The notes below the pieces were generated by a model. It saw only the letters and a list, made by a program, of their open reading frames with translations, did no database searches and was not told where the DNA came from. A program made the position numbers and the translations under genes. A stretch of DNA of 64,000 nt, taken from NCBI GenBank assembly GCA_009103225.1, contig RHPI01002069.1, positions 1,532,744 to 1,596,743 on the forward strand, written 5' to 3'. Every line of letters begins with the position of its first letter. Position 1 is the first letter of the stretch. The stretch comes from Chlorokybus atmophyticus (lineage: Eukaryota; Plantae; Mesostigma and Chlorokybus algae). Shown piece by piece: positions 12,682-25,950 of the stretch.

Positions 12682-15590
12682 GTTGGGTGCATACCTTTCA
12701 TTTGAGGCCCCAGCTAGACGCAAATTCCTATGTAGACTGCTCTTTGGTTCGAGCGCTTAACAACGCTTTCTTTTGACACCTTAAACAAACTATGCGGATA
12801 TCGGTTGCAAAAGTTGTAATGTTACAAAATGGGAGTTCTTGCACTCACTTGTTGCACATCCGAAGGGCTCAAACGAAGGCAGCATGCACGGTGGCCCTTG
12901 ACTACACTTTCATGAAGTCGGTTGGTGGAGGATTGTTTGAACACCACGAGTGTACACGCGCACCTTGCAACTTGGTTGTAGAAGGTCCATACATGAGGCA
13001 CCGCTTGCGGGAGGCCTTGTTTGTATAACGGCTATTTTGCAAATCTACTATGGTCCTTGCCTGGGTGTGGTACGGGACAAGCTATCATGGGCTGACCCAC
13101 TCCCCGAATGGGCGTTCACCAACCACAAGGGTGTGCATGAGTTTGGGACTTTACTAGGGCTGCTATCGCCAACCTAGTGCCTAGTGGGGCTGCACAAGAG
13201 GGTCCCCCCCCCTTGCCCCCCCCGCCCTTCCCTTTATAGTGAGCCCACTCAACATGGTTGATATGGTCGCAAGCTGCGCCTTATCATGGACATGCGCTGT
13301 CAACTCCTACTTGGTGAACACGCCGTTCAAGTATGAGAACGTGCGCAGCATCCCAGATTCACTGCAACCCGAGGTCTGGTTGTTCTCTACGGACTTGCAA
13401 TCCGGCTATTATAATGTGAACATACACCCCGCTTTCTGGGGCTACTTAGGGTTCACACTTGCGGGCAAAGTGTACAACTTCTGTTTGTTGCCATTTGGGT
13501 TGAGCACATCGTGATTTGTGTTCACAAAGGGGATGAAGCAACTGGTGCACCGGTGGCATGAGCAGGGCGTGCGTGTATTGCCATACATTGACGACTTCTT
13601 ATTTGCTGCTCGCTCCAAGGCGGAGCATGCCTCCACCCTGTCCATGGTGCACTTGCACCAAGTAGATGCAGCATGGTGCAGGCTGGTGATCAACACCAAG
13701 GCACAGGTGGTGCTCAGCAGAGTCATCATCTTCCTCGGCTTTATGTGGGATACACACGCTGACACTGTTCATGTCCGCGGCAAGAAGCGCAATGGTTTGC
13801 TCATAGACTTGAAGCACGCATTTAGTGATAGGCGCCATGTGCCAATGAAGTTGCTGGCCCGCATTTGCGGCAAGCTACAATCCATGTTCATGGTGTTGGG
13901 CCCAGCCGTCAAACTCATAGTTTGGCATAAACGCGCTTGATTGACACGCGCCGCTCCTGGAGTTCACACACGGTGCTGCGCAAGGCAAAAGTTAATAAGC
14001 TTATATGGCTGCGGGACCACTTTGAGGAGCTCAATGTGGCGCCCATATGGCCTACAGTACAGCCGGACATCATGCAATTTATGGACGCTAGCGGCACTGG
14101 TTGGGGATTAATACACCATGGCATGGCTACCCAAGTAGAAAAAGGCACACTCACACATGAGTAGTGCCTAACTTCATCAACATACCTTGAGCTTTTAGGC
14201 CTTGAGCACAAATTGCTCACTGCAGAGGCGGAGCTGTATGGGCGGATTGTGCTGCGTTATGGCAATGCCCGCTATGTCTCTGCATCATGCGCAAAGGGGG
14301 CAGTGAGGCCGCACACTTGCAGCAAGTGGCATGTCGCATCTTTTTACATTGCCATCGCCATTGCATCCGCTTGCACGCGCAGTGATTGCCACGCGAGCTC
14401 AATGAGGAGGCGGATGCGCTCTCTAAGGCACCAGATAAAAATGGTTGAACTGAAAACATCATGGGTCCGCTTGCTCACCCGTAAGTGGGGCCCCTTCAAT
14501 GTGGACCGCTTTGCCACGGATGCCAACACTGTGTGTGTGGCCTTCAACTCGGCATTGCCATGTCCAGGCTCGTCTGGCAACGCCTTTCGTTATGATTTGA
14601 GTGGCTGCAACAACTGGTGCCACCCCCCTCCACACCGTTTTGGCACTGACTTGCGACATGCTCGCAAATGCAAGGCTCGTATGTGCCTTATTGTACCAAA
14701 ACAACCCAGACTTGTTGGCCCATTCTCTGCACGAGAGGAGTGTAGGCACCATTTGCTACAGATGTTGTGTGCCCGCTTGTGGCCTAGCCCACAAGTTGCG
14801 GATTTTCAAGCGGGCTTGCCACATAGTCGCATGTGGGCATTGTGGATTGACTTGCGTCCTAGCCATTGAGGCATGCTGTGTGCGGCTGCTGTTAAGCGTA
14901 GCCTACAATTGCTATTGCCCAACATTGTCGGTAACCATGAGATTGAGCACCTGCGCACCTTATACCCGGCAATAGCCGCGGCGTCACGTGTTACTAGCAC
15001 TTTGCGAGGCCATGAGGGCTATTGGCGTCGCTTTGTGGAGTTTTGCACGCCTCGTGGTTGGGCTGTCCTGCTGGAGGATCTTGGCACAATGGCCCTGTTC
15101 CTACCCAAGGTGTTGGTGGATTCCACCACCCCGGCACCTGTGAAACATGCATCTTCTGCCATACACGCTGTGCATACCATGGCTGGTTAGGCCTCTCCCA
15201 CAACGCATGCCCTCGTTACGGTGGTGCGTGAGGTCGATGCCGATTGCTACCATTGAACACGCGAAAGAAGGACGCCTACACGCCTGAGCTTTTGCAAGGC
15301 ATGGTCTCACACTCTGCTCGCAATGGGTGGGACTTGGTGGCCAGACTGCAAATAGTGGCCGTGCTGCTGAGGTTTGCAGGTATGATGCACTATTTCGCCC
15401 TGGATTGCATGGATCTCGTCATCCCGCGCAGAAGAAGCGACCATCATGGTGTGGGCGCAACAGTGCACATAGCTGCTGGTTGGGGTGATTTGTGCCCTAT
15501 ATTGCACACCAAAAAGTTGTTGTTTGATTCGGGCTACAATCAAGCCGAGCCTGGCAATTTGCTGCGCTCCATCAAGCGGATGGGGGGGAA

Positions 15591-16714
15591 TGTTAAATGT
15601 TATAGCTTGCTGAAAGTACATGTATAGGCGGCGCCTACATGTAGTTGGTACGATCAGCTTAACCTTTATAGTTACGAGAGCTATGAGAGTTACGGCAGTT
15701 ATGGTCAACCATGATCAACTTTAACTTTGACCGTTGACTTTGACCAGAGTTGACTAGAGTTGACTAGTGCTTAATAGCATAATATATAAGACACCGTATA
15801 CTGCTTATTACAATGGGTCGCACATTGTCGCTGTAGTTGGCAAGCTTGCTGCACTCGTCCTTAGTGTGCACACTTGTATGTCAGAGGCAAATACACACAC
15901 ACTAGGCGCACCACTAATGCTCAACAGGTTATGGGCCCACACTCGCTTGTGTGATCGCTTGTGCTAGTGAGAGAAAGTGTTGAGCATAGGCGCCTACTAG
16001 TAGAGTGTTCTTGGGGAGAGGGTGAGTTGTACTATTGTGTAGCAAGCAATGGCTGACACAGATAGGATGCCCATTGAGTCTCTTGATATGCACAACTACG
16101 TTTCATGGTCGGTGAAAATGATGTTGGTGCTGATCCGCAAGAAGCTTTAGAGTTTTGTCGACCCCACCTCCTCCACATCATTGCGGCCAAGAACAGGTGA
16201 CGCTGGTACCTGAACAGAGAACTGATAATCAGCTTTTGCGCTGATAGGCTTGCACGTTAAAGACTTCCATATCCCTCTTATTGCGGATTGCAAGACAAGA
16301 CGTGAGGCGTGGGAGGTCTTTGACACCCTCTTCAAGACCAATAGCAACTCGTGCAAGTTGACAGCTGAGACGCAAGCTGACACTTCTGAAGATGGAGCAC
16401 AAAGAGCCAATCCAAAAATACATCGCGTGCAAGGGAGCTTTGGCAAGACCTTGCAGCAGTGGGCCTCGATGTGAAGGAAGAGGAGGTGATGTGGGCAGTC
16501 TGAGCTGGCTTAAGAAAGAGCTTTGCTACGCTAGTGACTGTGTTGAAGTCCTCAGATGTGGTTTTGAAGTTTGCTGATGTAGTGCCTAAGCTGCTAGCTG
16601 TGGAAGGCAAGTTAATTGTTCAGGAGATAGAGAATGGTGGAGAAAGTATCGCACTTGCTGCCTCATCTTCTCAACACACATGAAGCAGGAGCAAAGCATA
16701 TGGTGGGAAGCCAT
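15591..16714 (+). mobile_element. Ty1/Copia family B 5' LTR (15591-15926), PBS and decayed gag
   Basis: PBS GGTTATGGGCCCA at 15927-15939. gag from ATG 16049 reads MADTDRMPIESLDMHNYVSWSVKM and has stops and frameshifts. Confidence 0.88.
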
Positions 16715-18123
16715 TGTTAAGAACTAGTGTGCATGTATGCGCCCTACCTTATATATGCGCTCACATTTGGGGAACAACATGTGCAATAGCATGTCAACAA
16801 CAAAGAGAAGTATGTTCCTATTGCAGTTCCACCTGTATGCGCCACACACATTGACTTATATACTAAGCTAGTCAACACTAGAAAAGACTAGTCAACCCTA
16901 GTCAAAGTCAACTCCAGTCAACACTAATCAACGCTCAAAATCAACCCTAGAACGCCAACACTCATTGCCACTACCATGAGTGCCACATTTTACCATAAAA
17001 GCCGTAGCTGCATCTGGTCTTTCTTCCCAACCTTCCTGCTGCAAGCGCCGCTATTCTTAAAAAAGCCGTGGTATTACGTCATCAAGTGTCAACTCCTCCG
17101 TTGCAGACTCTATAATGGTCACCATTACCCTGTACTCATTTCGCAACCCTAAAAGCACAACCCACACCACTTCTTGCTCTTTCAACTCGTGCCCTACACC
17201 CAGCAAGTCCTTCCACAACGCATCTGCACGCGCCACAAACTTGGTGATTGGCTCTCCACTCTCCTTCCGCAATGCGTTCAGCTCTTGCCTCAACTGCAGC
17301 CTCCTCGCCATGTTGTGAGCTTTGAAGTGGCTCTCAAGCTTTGCCCAAAACTCCTTTGCACCTTTGCACTCTCTCACCATAATCAAGTGATGCTCAGCAA
17401 CGTGCAAACCCGTCAATGCCAAAGCTTTCTTCCCTTTTTTCTCCCAGGTTGCCTCCTTTTTCGAAGGCACATCCTCCGCGGGGTCCACATACTTCCACAT
17501 GTCCTTATGTACCAGCAACAGCTCCATCTTGATGCTCCAGGTGTTGTAGTTGTCCACGCCCAGCGGCTCAATCGTGATCTTCATGTTGTCCATGCTTCCT
17601 TGGCACTGGTTGCCCTTCTGCTACACACGGAGCCCGCAACCTACTCCTCTTAAGCAACCACAACTTCCTACACGACCACAACACACTTACACTCCAAGCA
17701 TGTGTGGGCCCATTACCTGTTAAGAACTAGTGTGCATGTATGCGCCCTACCTCATACATGCGCTCACACTAGGGGAACAACAAGTGCAATAGCATGTCAA
17801 CAACAAAGAGAGTTTTTATTGCAGCTCCACCTGTATGCGCCACATACAGTGACTCATATACTAAGCTAGTCAACCCTAGTCAAAGTCAACTCTAGTCTAC
17901 ACTAGCCAATAGTCAAAGTCAACCCTAGTCAACCCAAATCAATGGTCAAAGTCAAAGTTGACCGTAACTCTCGCAACTCCCGTAACTCCGCACATGGTCT
18001 AAGTAACATCAACAAGCTGACTGTATTATAAGCATACTATACTAGCAAACCTCATATGCTTGACCTTTAACATGTACTATAAGCACACTATACTAGCAAA
18101 CCTCATATGCTTAACCTTCAACA
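16715..18123 (-). mobile_element. Internally deleted Ty1/Copia family A element (5' LTR 17718-18123, PBS, gag, partial 3' LTR 16715-~16945)
   Basis: Two same-orientation LTR copies with PBS GGTAATGGGCCCA. No matching TSD was seen. Confidence 0.88.
17057..17593 (-). CDS. Copia gag N-terminal/UBN2-type domain (open ORF, 178 aa)
   Basis: IEPLGVDNYNTWSIKMELLLVHKDMW..AKEFWAKLESHF..LQLRQELNALRKESGEPITKFVARA..VLLGLRNEYRVMVTII is typical of copia gag. Confidence 0.9.
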   Translation of the reverse strand: MDNMKITIEPLGVDNYNTWSIKMELLLVHKDMWKYVDPAEDVPSKKEATWEKKGKKALALTGLHVAEHHLIMVRECKGAKEFWAKLESHFKAHNMARRLQLRQELNALRKESGEPITKFVARADALWKDLLGVGHELKEQEVVWVVLLGLRNEYRVMVTIIESATEELTLDDVIPRLF

Positions 18124-18199
18124 TTTTTGCCAGTTTTCCAGCTCTGCCTCGGCGATGGCCAACTAGTTCGATTAGTGGTCAAGAGTGGCACTATCTGAT

Positions 18200-19650
18200 T
18201 CTACATTCTTATAAAAGCGCAAATTTAACGCTTGCAGCCTCAGGACAGTGGTGAGCTTTGCGACCTGTAAGCAAATACTGTGACTCGAGGTGCAACCACA
18301 AAATGAGAATTGGTACCTCGTAGGCATATACCTTGCTATGGCGTTGCTTAGCGGTCGAAAACAGCAACATTAATTCGCTTCGCGCATCTGTGTCAGATTT
18401 GAAGTATATTGCTTGAGTTGTTGCTGAAGTTGCGATGTTTTTTTTTGTTGAATGCCAGGTCTTGGCGCAATGATGCGATTGTGCTGTGGTGCTTTGCAAA
18501 CTATTCTTCAAGCGCGTCCATGCATGACGTTCATCTTCCAAACCCTACATCAAAGTTTACTGGTAATGATAGTTCTTGGTTGCGCTCATGGGAAGGGATT
18601 CAGCAAAGCCTCTTTGTAAATCTTAAAAATCAGCAATTGTGTCAGCCAACCGATCCTCGACATACTATTTCCTTCCAGCATGCTAACCATACAGTCTGTC
18701 TACCAGCATTTGTAGGTGTTGTCGGGCATCCTTAACTTCTTCCTCTAGCTGCATGTCTGTTATGCCGAATAAGTGCAGTCAATATACATTCATACACATG
18801 TTGCAATGTGGTGCTTATGTGTGCAATTTAGCTGCACATCTTCTTGAAATGGTGCTGCAGCTCTGTATAAAATGACTATGCTCTTTAGTTAGCCCAAGGT
18901 GCGACCGTGGCATGCGGTCCCCTGCACTTTAACGATAGCCGAACATGGCTGTATTTCACAGCAATATACCAGTATCAGAGTCGTTTGCTGGAGACGCGTT
19001 GGAGATGTCCGTGGTCGAAGTAGCGCATCATTAACGTTTGGAAGGCGTGATGTTGCGCGCATCTGATGCATGTTATACAGAATCCATGCATATAGTAAGT
19101 TCATGCATCGGTGGGTACCTGAAGCTACTGTCAGCGCCAATGGTTGGAATTCGTCACACACATTAGGATCGTCGAGAATCTCAACTGGTCGCAGAACTCC
19201 AACTCGCAATAGTGGCATGGGAGTGCTTTGTTTAATGGGCCAGCAATTAGCATAAATGCGCCCACCATGAGATTCAAGCTGCGGCGCGTCACTTCTGCTT
19301 GTCCCTGACATCCACGTCGTTGTTTATTAGTAGTCAACAAGTCATGACAATGGTACAATCACGGAACAAGAAAGAAAAGCAAAACAGGCACAATACTTTA
19401 GCTACCTTTGCAATGCCACATGTTAATAGCCTTTGCTCAATGATATGTGACAAGAAGTTGCAATGTAATTTGATCGGCCGGAATGCAAGAGAGTGTCCAC
19501 AATGGTTTGTATCCCTCCCTGTATGATCATTGCTACATGCATGCATGGATACTGAGAAACGGCCTTAGCATCGGTAACGAGCTTACCGGTGCCATTCAAT
19601 ACTTGATGACATCTTCTTGTTGATGCGCTTCGAGCTGAGCAAAGTCCTCT
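18200..19650 (-). pseudogene. Highly decayed DIRS-like reverse transcriptase remnant
   Basis: HGGRIYANCW..LLRVGVLRPV..SGTHRCMNLLYAWILYNMHQMRATSRLPNVNDAL..RTLG followed by MYID resembles the order of DIRS/Gypsy RT motifs. Many stops. Confidence 0.45.
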
Positions 19651-19708
19651 TTGTGTGCCTTGTTTGTTACATGCGACCTAAAGTTTTGTGCCGCCACCTT
19701 GGAAATTC

Positions 19709-20160
19709 TATTGAGAACTAGTGATGCGCCTTGTGTGTGTGTATGCGCCTCTTACAAGTGTGCACACATTAAGGACAAGTGCAGCAAGCACGCCAACTAT
19801 AGACACAATGTGCGACCCACTGTAATAAGCAGTATACGTTGTCTTATATATGCTATGCTATTAAGCACTAGTCAACTCTAATCAACTTTGGTCAAAGTCA
19901 ACACTAGTCAACGATTAAAGTTAACATTCAAAGTAAAAATTGACCATGGTTGACCATAACTGCCGTAACTTTTGTAACTCTCGTAACTCCCATAAACATG
20001 AAGGTTAAGCTGATCGTACCAACTATATGTAGGCGCCGCCTATACATGTACATTCAACAACCTGTAACCTTTTTAACACTCCCACACGAGCAGCTTGACC
20101 TTGAACTCCAAGTTCTTCCTACAAGCTTAACTTACTCCATTCAACACTCCCATTAACGTG
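19709..20160 (-). mobile_element. Copia family B 3' LTR (19709-20078) with PPT and the end of pol
   Basis: LTR homologous to family B. On the minus strand, GTGTGGGAG immediately precedes TGTT, and the preceding sequence resembles the copia RNase H end (..CRKNLGV). Confidence 0.75.
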
Positions 20161-23100
20161 TTGCTCCCATGGATTTAATGCTTGTCTCCATGACACAATC
20201 CTTCTCCTCGTGCTGCCAGTAGGACTACTATAGACTTTGAAAGTGGCCATTCCTCGATATGTATTAGCATAAGCTTTTCGCCTGTCCTGTGCTTCTGACA
20301 AAGATAGCATATGCAGAAATTTGGCTCAAGCCAAATTTCTGCATATCGGTGGCAAATTCCTTTGCCGCTGGTACAATCAGGGCATTGCGAGGTACACGCA
20401 ATGACGCTGGTGTGTTCGGGCGAACCCCATAATTTAAGAAAAATGGGGTTTTCTTTACACTTTCCTGCCACGCATTGTTCACAGCGAACTCTGCCATTGG
20501 CAAGTACCTGTCCCAATCAGCATGGTTTGGAGCCACATAGTAGCGAACCATTTCTTCCAGCATGTGATTTGCTCGCTAAGTTGGTCCGTCCACTTGCCGG
20601 TGGAAAGCAGTCGACATGCTTTGTTTTACCCCCAACATTTCACAGACTTCCCTTAAAAACTTCGAGACGAAGCGAGGTGTACTGCGTGAGCTTCTCAAGA
20701 TCTGTGATAAGCTCACGCGGGACACCGTGAACTCGTAAGACCGTGGACACATATGAACGTGCTAAGTCCCATGCACTCACAGTTGTGCAACACGGGGCAA
20801 AATGCACTATTTTTGTCAAACGGTCGACAAAACCACAATAGCAGTGTATTTGGCTGCTGCTTCCGGTAGGTCAGTAATCAAGTCCATATTAACACTATCC
20901 CACTTTGGTTCTGGGATTACTCTAGGTTTAAGCGATCCCGCTTGTTTTTGACGTAGTGGCTTATTGCATTGACACACGTCACATGTGCGAACATATTGAT
21001 CCACATCAGCTGACATTGCTGGCCACCAGCATAACTGTTGCGCAGCTTTAAGTATTTTGTGTTTCCCTAAATGCCCAGCATACGGCGGGTCATGCACTAA
21101 TTGTAAGCATTGCTTACGCAAGTCATCTGCGTTGGGAAAAGTCTCTATCACTCACGCTTTTTAGCGCTATTCTTACGTATGGTTTCGTGCGCTTTCTCCT
21201 TACTCGTAGACGTCGTCATTGTCCGTAGTGGCAGCGGCAATGGCCGTGGCGATGGCGTCGGCAGCGTCCTTGTCGGTGTCGAGTTACGCTCGGCGCAGAA
21301 TAACAGTAATACGCTGCGTCTGCTGCTGCGGCGGTCGGTGTGGGCAACGAAAGAGTCACCCGACAACGTCGACGCGTAACCCCTGTATACCACAAATTGC
21401 CAACAGCAGTAAGCTGTTGCAAGTTGGTTTGATTGCTAAACCAATCATCTGAGTTATAACATGTGGACATTTCCTTTGGGAAAGGATTTTCAGGCTGTTG
21501 CACATTACGCGTACTTCGAGAGCGCGTAAGTGCAAAAGGAGCAGGGCTACGACTTAGTGGATCCGCCACATTGGTGCGACCCGGACGGTATTGCTAAGTG
21601 AAAGTAAAACGAAAAATGAATTCATTCCACCTAGCTTGCTGCCTCAATAGGCTGTTGCGTATAAAAGGATGTGAGCGGGTTGTCATCAGCAATCACCGAA
21701 AACTCCACACCTTCCAAGTAGCAACGCCATGTGCGCAGCGCGTGCACCACCCCAAGCAATTCCTGCACACTGGTTGTGCAATTACGTTCAGTAGGATTGA
21801 ACATTCTGCTTTCGTATGCACATGGTCTGTCATCCTGTAGAAGGACTGCCCCACACCTGGCGGAAGCATCACTGATCACCACAAAAGGCTTGGTGTGATC
21901 GGGGAAGGCTGACACATGGGCTTATGTTAATGCATCTTTGCGTGTAAAAGCAACCTCGTGTGCCTCCATTCACACAACTTTAACATCCTTTCTCAGTAAA
22001 GATGTTAAAGGATCTACCATGCTAGAATATGCTCGCATGAACTTGCGAAAATAATTGGCTAGCCCTAAGAAAGCACGTAACTTATGTACATCCTTGGGTG
22101 GTGGCCAATCTTTCACCACACACACCTTTTGAGGATCTGGTTTCAATCCTCTTTTGCCAATCACATGCCTTGAAAAGGGTAGTTCATCTTTTGCAAAGTT
22201 GCATTTGGACAGGTTGGCATAGAATTTGTGTTCGCGTAACTCAACTAGAAATAGTTTCATATGCTTGTGGTGTTCCTCCCGGGTTTTGCTAAACACAATA
22301 ATGTCGTCAAGATATACCAGTACAAACTTGTACAATTCATCAGCAAATATCGCGTTCATTGCTTCCTAAAATGTAGCTTGTGCATTTGTTAACACAAATG
22401 GTAACACTTTATACTCAAAGTGTCCTATGGGGGTGCAAAATGCAGCTTTTTATATATCTGACAAGTGGATTTCGATTTGATGATAACCACTGCTTAAATC
22501 CAGTGTGCTGAACACTGTTGCACCTGACAGCTTCTGAAACAAATCATCAATCCGAGGCAAAGGGTATCTGTTTTTCATAGTCACCTTGTTCAACGCACGG
22601 TAATTAATACACATGCGTAGCTTGCCATTCTTTTGAGGCACAAACAAAATTTGTGCACAAAAAGTATATATGCTCTTAAGTATCAAACCTTTGTCCAATA
22701 ACTCTTTGAGCTGTTTTTCCATTCCCGCGTGTTCTAAGGGACTTAGCCTATAAATAGGCCGCCAAGGTGGCTTTGCCCCCTTTTCCAACGGAATGGTATG
22801 ATGTATGTTTCCATCAGGAGGCAACTTCGGGAGGTCATCCTGATATACATCGGCATATTGTTCCATAAGTGATTGCACCACAGGGTCAGTTACAGCTTGT
22901 TCAAAAGGGTGTGTCTACCTGTGGTAAGTGCATCAAGTATACTTCCTCATGTTTACGCATGCAACGTTTCAGTTGCATAGCAGAGAGGAGGGGAGCATTG
23001 TCGCGAGCAACACGTGCGAGTACAGGTGCGGTTAACGTCACCTTAGGTTTACCCTTACGAAGGGTACACGTATTTGCTCGAAGGTCCAATTGCAAACCTG

Positions 23101-25950
23101 CTTCGGTGTGCCACTGTTCACCAAAACAATATCCACCCCGGGGATACCTATATCCACCACGATGAAAGTTGGTGGAGTCTTGTGGCTGTTAATAACAAAA
23201 TGCCCCTTCACCTCCTCAGTTGCATTAAGGGTGAAACCAGCAGCACGTACATACGACGTGACTGGTGTGAAAGATGTTATTACAATTCACCCAAGCATGT
23301 TCAACAAAGTTATGGTTTGGACCAGTATTAATCGATGCTGAACATGGTGTGCCCTTAAGTTGACTCTCGAATTCATGTGAGTGGCACTGAGTGACCATCA
23401 AATGTAACCAATGTCGGAGTGCCGTGATTGGTAGCAGGCTTGATAAAGATCACTTGTAACGGTGGAGTTCATGTATCTTTGCGTGAGCGTTGCACAATTA
23501 CTTCTCCCCCTTTCAACAATCGCGACCACGGGCCATGATATCGAGGGATAACTACACATGCAATGACAGCATATTGTAATTGCAACTCGTATAAGTGCTT
23601 AACAGCAGTTACCAATTTAGAGAATGGAACATTGATTAGATTAATCGTTTGCATTTGTCAGCACAGGTGGTGTGCTCATATCAGTCCATACATCTACTAC
23701 ATCATAAAGAGAGGAAACTTTATCAAGATATACAGAGTTTTTAAAGTCGTTTTTTTCGACTAAGCTAGCAACCACAGACAATTCATATTTCTTGTCCTTC
23801 TGCTGCTTGGCCTTCTGTACTTCTGCTTTGCATAGCACTTGGCCTCCACATGACCTATCTTATTGCAGAGATTGCAAATGATGGTGGATTTGGCCGCGTC
23901 GTAGGGGCCAGCTAGCTGAGATGTTTTCGCAACAAACCTTCTTCACAAAAGGTTTGTTATCAGTGGCCGGGCGTTTGCAGGTAAAGCCGGAATTGCCTCT
24001 CCGGCTGTGGTTTGCATATTTGCATGCCAGCGCTTCACTGTCCACAGCAGTAACCATCTGCATCAGCATTGGCAAATCCGTCGCAGCCCACTCTTGCAAA
24101 CTCGGGGTTGACGGCCACATGCTGTACGTGATCTGTGTCTAAGCCACGCCTGAACACATCAAGCTAATCAGCATTATTAATGGCAGTTTGCCAGCATTGA
24201 TCTTGCTGACAAAAAACTAATATTTCTGACTGTGCTGCTGGACCGGGCGCCCGTTCTGACGCAGGTTGTGCAGCTGGTTGCAAGCAACCTAAGCAGGATT
24301 CGCGCCGCCATATCGTTGATCCATAAAAGAGCACAGTTGATTCACTTCCCGCCCGAGGCTCGTATCACGTTGCTTACGGCGGTACCACTTTGCCAAAGCA
24401 TTGTTTGGAATTAGCAACTCAGCTACACGCAACTTCCCCTCCTCAACAATGTGAAGGGAGTTGACATAGTGTCTCAGCTTCACGAGCCAATCAAAAATTG
24501 CCGCTTGCTTGTTGGGAACAAACTCGGCAGGACGAGCGAGCGCCTGAACACGTGGATCGCTGTCAGAGCGTTGAATGCGCTCGATCATGTTTAGATTACA
24601 TTTGCCTTCACCCATCGATCCCTCCCAATCTCGCCCCATAAAGGCGGTGAGCTTTGAGGTTGTTTCCGTCACATGGAACAGGAAGTAGTGAGCGAGACAA
24701 TCGCCTCACAAGGCTCCTCATTATAGGTGCAAAAAAAGTGGTCCAACACTCTTGTTTCGTTAAGCGAATTGAGATTTCAGGCTGCACGAAAGATGGTGGT
24801 GGTGGTGGCCCGCCTGGTTTCACCAATGCATCCACATCCTTAGCAGCATGAGACTCATTAGGTGCATCATCCGGGTTGGCAATATCCTCCATGGATGGAA
24901 ATTCCTCCTCACGGGATAATTGCTTTTGTTGCGAGCCTTCCCCCTTCGAGGCGGGCACCGAGTTCTCTTCCATTTGTCTGCAAAAACAGGCAAAATGGGA
25001 TGGTGAGAACCTCACCAATGAATAAGGTTCAACGAGAGGATTAAAATAACCCCAAGTTGCTCAAGTCTCAGACATAGTCCAAACCAGTCTCGAAACAGGA
25101 AAGGCTTGATCTGGAGTGTCACCAATCAGAACAAGTCTAAATGGGATTAGAATGTCCTTGTTCCAATTTTTAGGCCGAAGCCAGAGGGGGAGGGTTTTAG
25201 ACTAGCAGAGTTCGGGAACAGGATGTCTTCAAACTTCCCCAAAACTGTTCTAACCAAGTCCCGATCTCCAGGCCGAAGCCAAAAGGGGAGGGTTTCGAAC
25301 AGCTTGGTTCGGAACTTGTAAACCCGGGTCAAGCGACCTAGAAAAGCAGCTGACAAATCGCAGGTACGTCGCAGGCATGCAACAGGCAAGCCACATAGTG
25401 ACCAAATGTGACATGCACTGGCAAGCACAATGACAAGCAGTGATGTATGCCACGCATGCACTGGTAAGCAGGTGTGCAAACAGGCAAGCAGGTGGCAATC
25501 ACTGCATGATGTGCAAGCCACACGCACACACATGCACTGGCAAGCAGTCATCGATGTGTGCATGAAAATGAAATCCCTACACACACGTGCACTGGCAAGC
25601 AGGCAAGCTGTTTACGGGGGTACCTCACACGCCGCCTCTTTCATGGCTTTCGAGACGTAAAGGTAGCGCAGGGAAGCAAACTTGAGGGCACGTGGATGAA
25701 TGGGCGGTCGCCGCCGCCGCCGCCGCCTCTTGATTGGCTGAATGCAGGTCGCTGCCGTCTATAAGTCTCTCGCGCACCCACTAGCTCCTGGATAACAATG
25801 TAACAGCACCACCATCGCCGGTGATGCCCCTTCAATCCTCTACCCCAACACCCACACCGCCTATAACAGCCTTTCAGCGGTGTGGCCGCCACTGAGCAGA
25901 GAATTGAAAGAAAGGTCACATCAACTTGGTGTGACCTTTTATATCAAGAG
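20160..25950 (-). mobile_element. Decayed Ty3/Gypsy LTR retrotransposon (gag, protease region, RT, RNase H, integrase; probable 5' LTR starting at 25799)
   Basis: gag [73 protein letters not shown]. RNase H VISDASA..AYESRMFNPTERN. Integrase HDPPYAGHLG..CDVCQCNKP..WDSVNMDLIT..WDRYLPMAEFAVNN. Degenerate PBS TTGTTATCCAGGAGC next to TGTAACAG at 25799. The right boundary is uncertain. Confidence 0.9.

Larger units (their letters stand above)
10087..15590 (+). mobile_element. DIRS/PAT-type tyrosine-recombinase retrotransposon, near full length (5' repeat A, gag, RT, RNase H, MT, YR), frameshifted and 3'-interrupted by Copia B
   Basis: Repeat A at ~10087-10300 matches 6457-6650. Gag-like EVANKHDWKVVDELVRNPLAVDDDEAKR and CYNCGEPVH knuckle. 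RT reads STDLQSGYYNV..YNFCLLPFGL..LPYIDDFLF (13239-13940), RNase H FMDASGTGWG, MT FNVDRFATDANT..AFNS..NAFRYDLSGCNNWCHPP, YR GYWRRFVEFCTPRGW. Confidence 0.92.
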
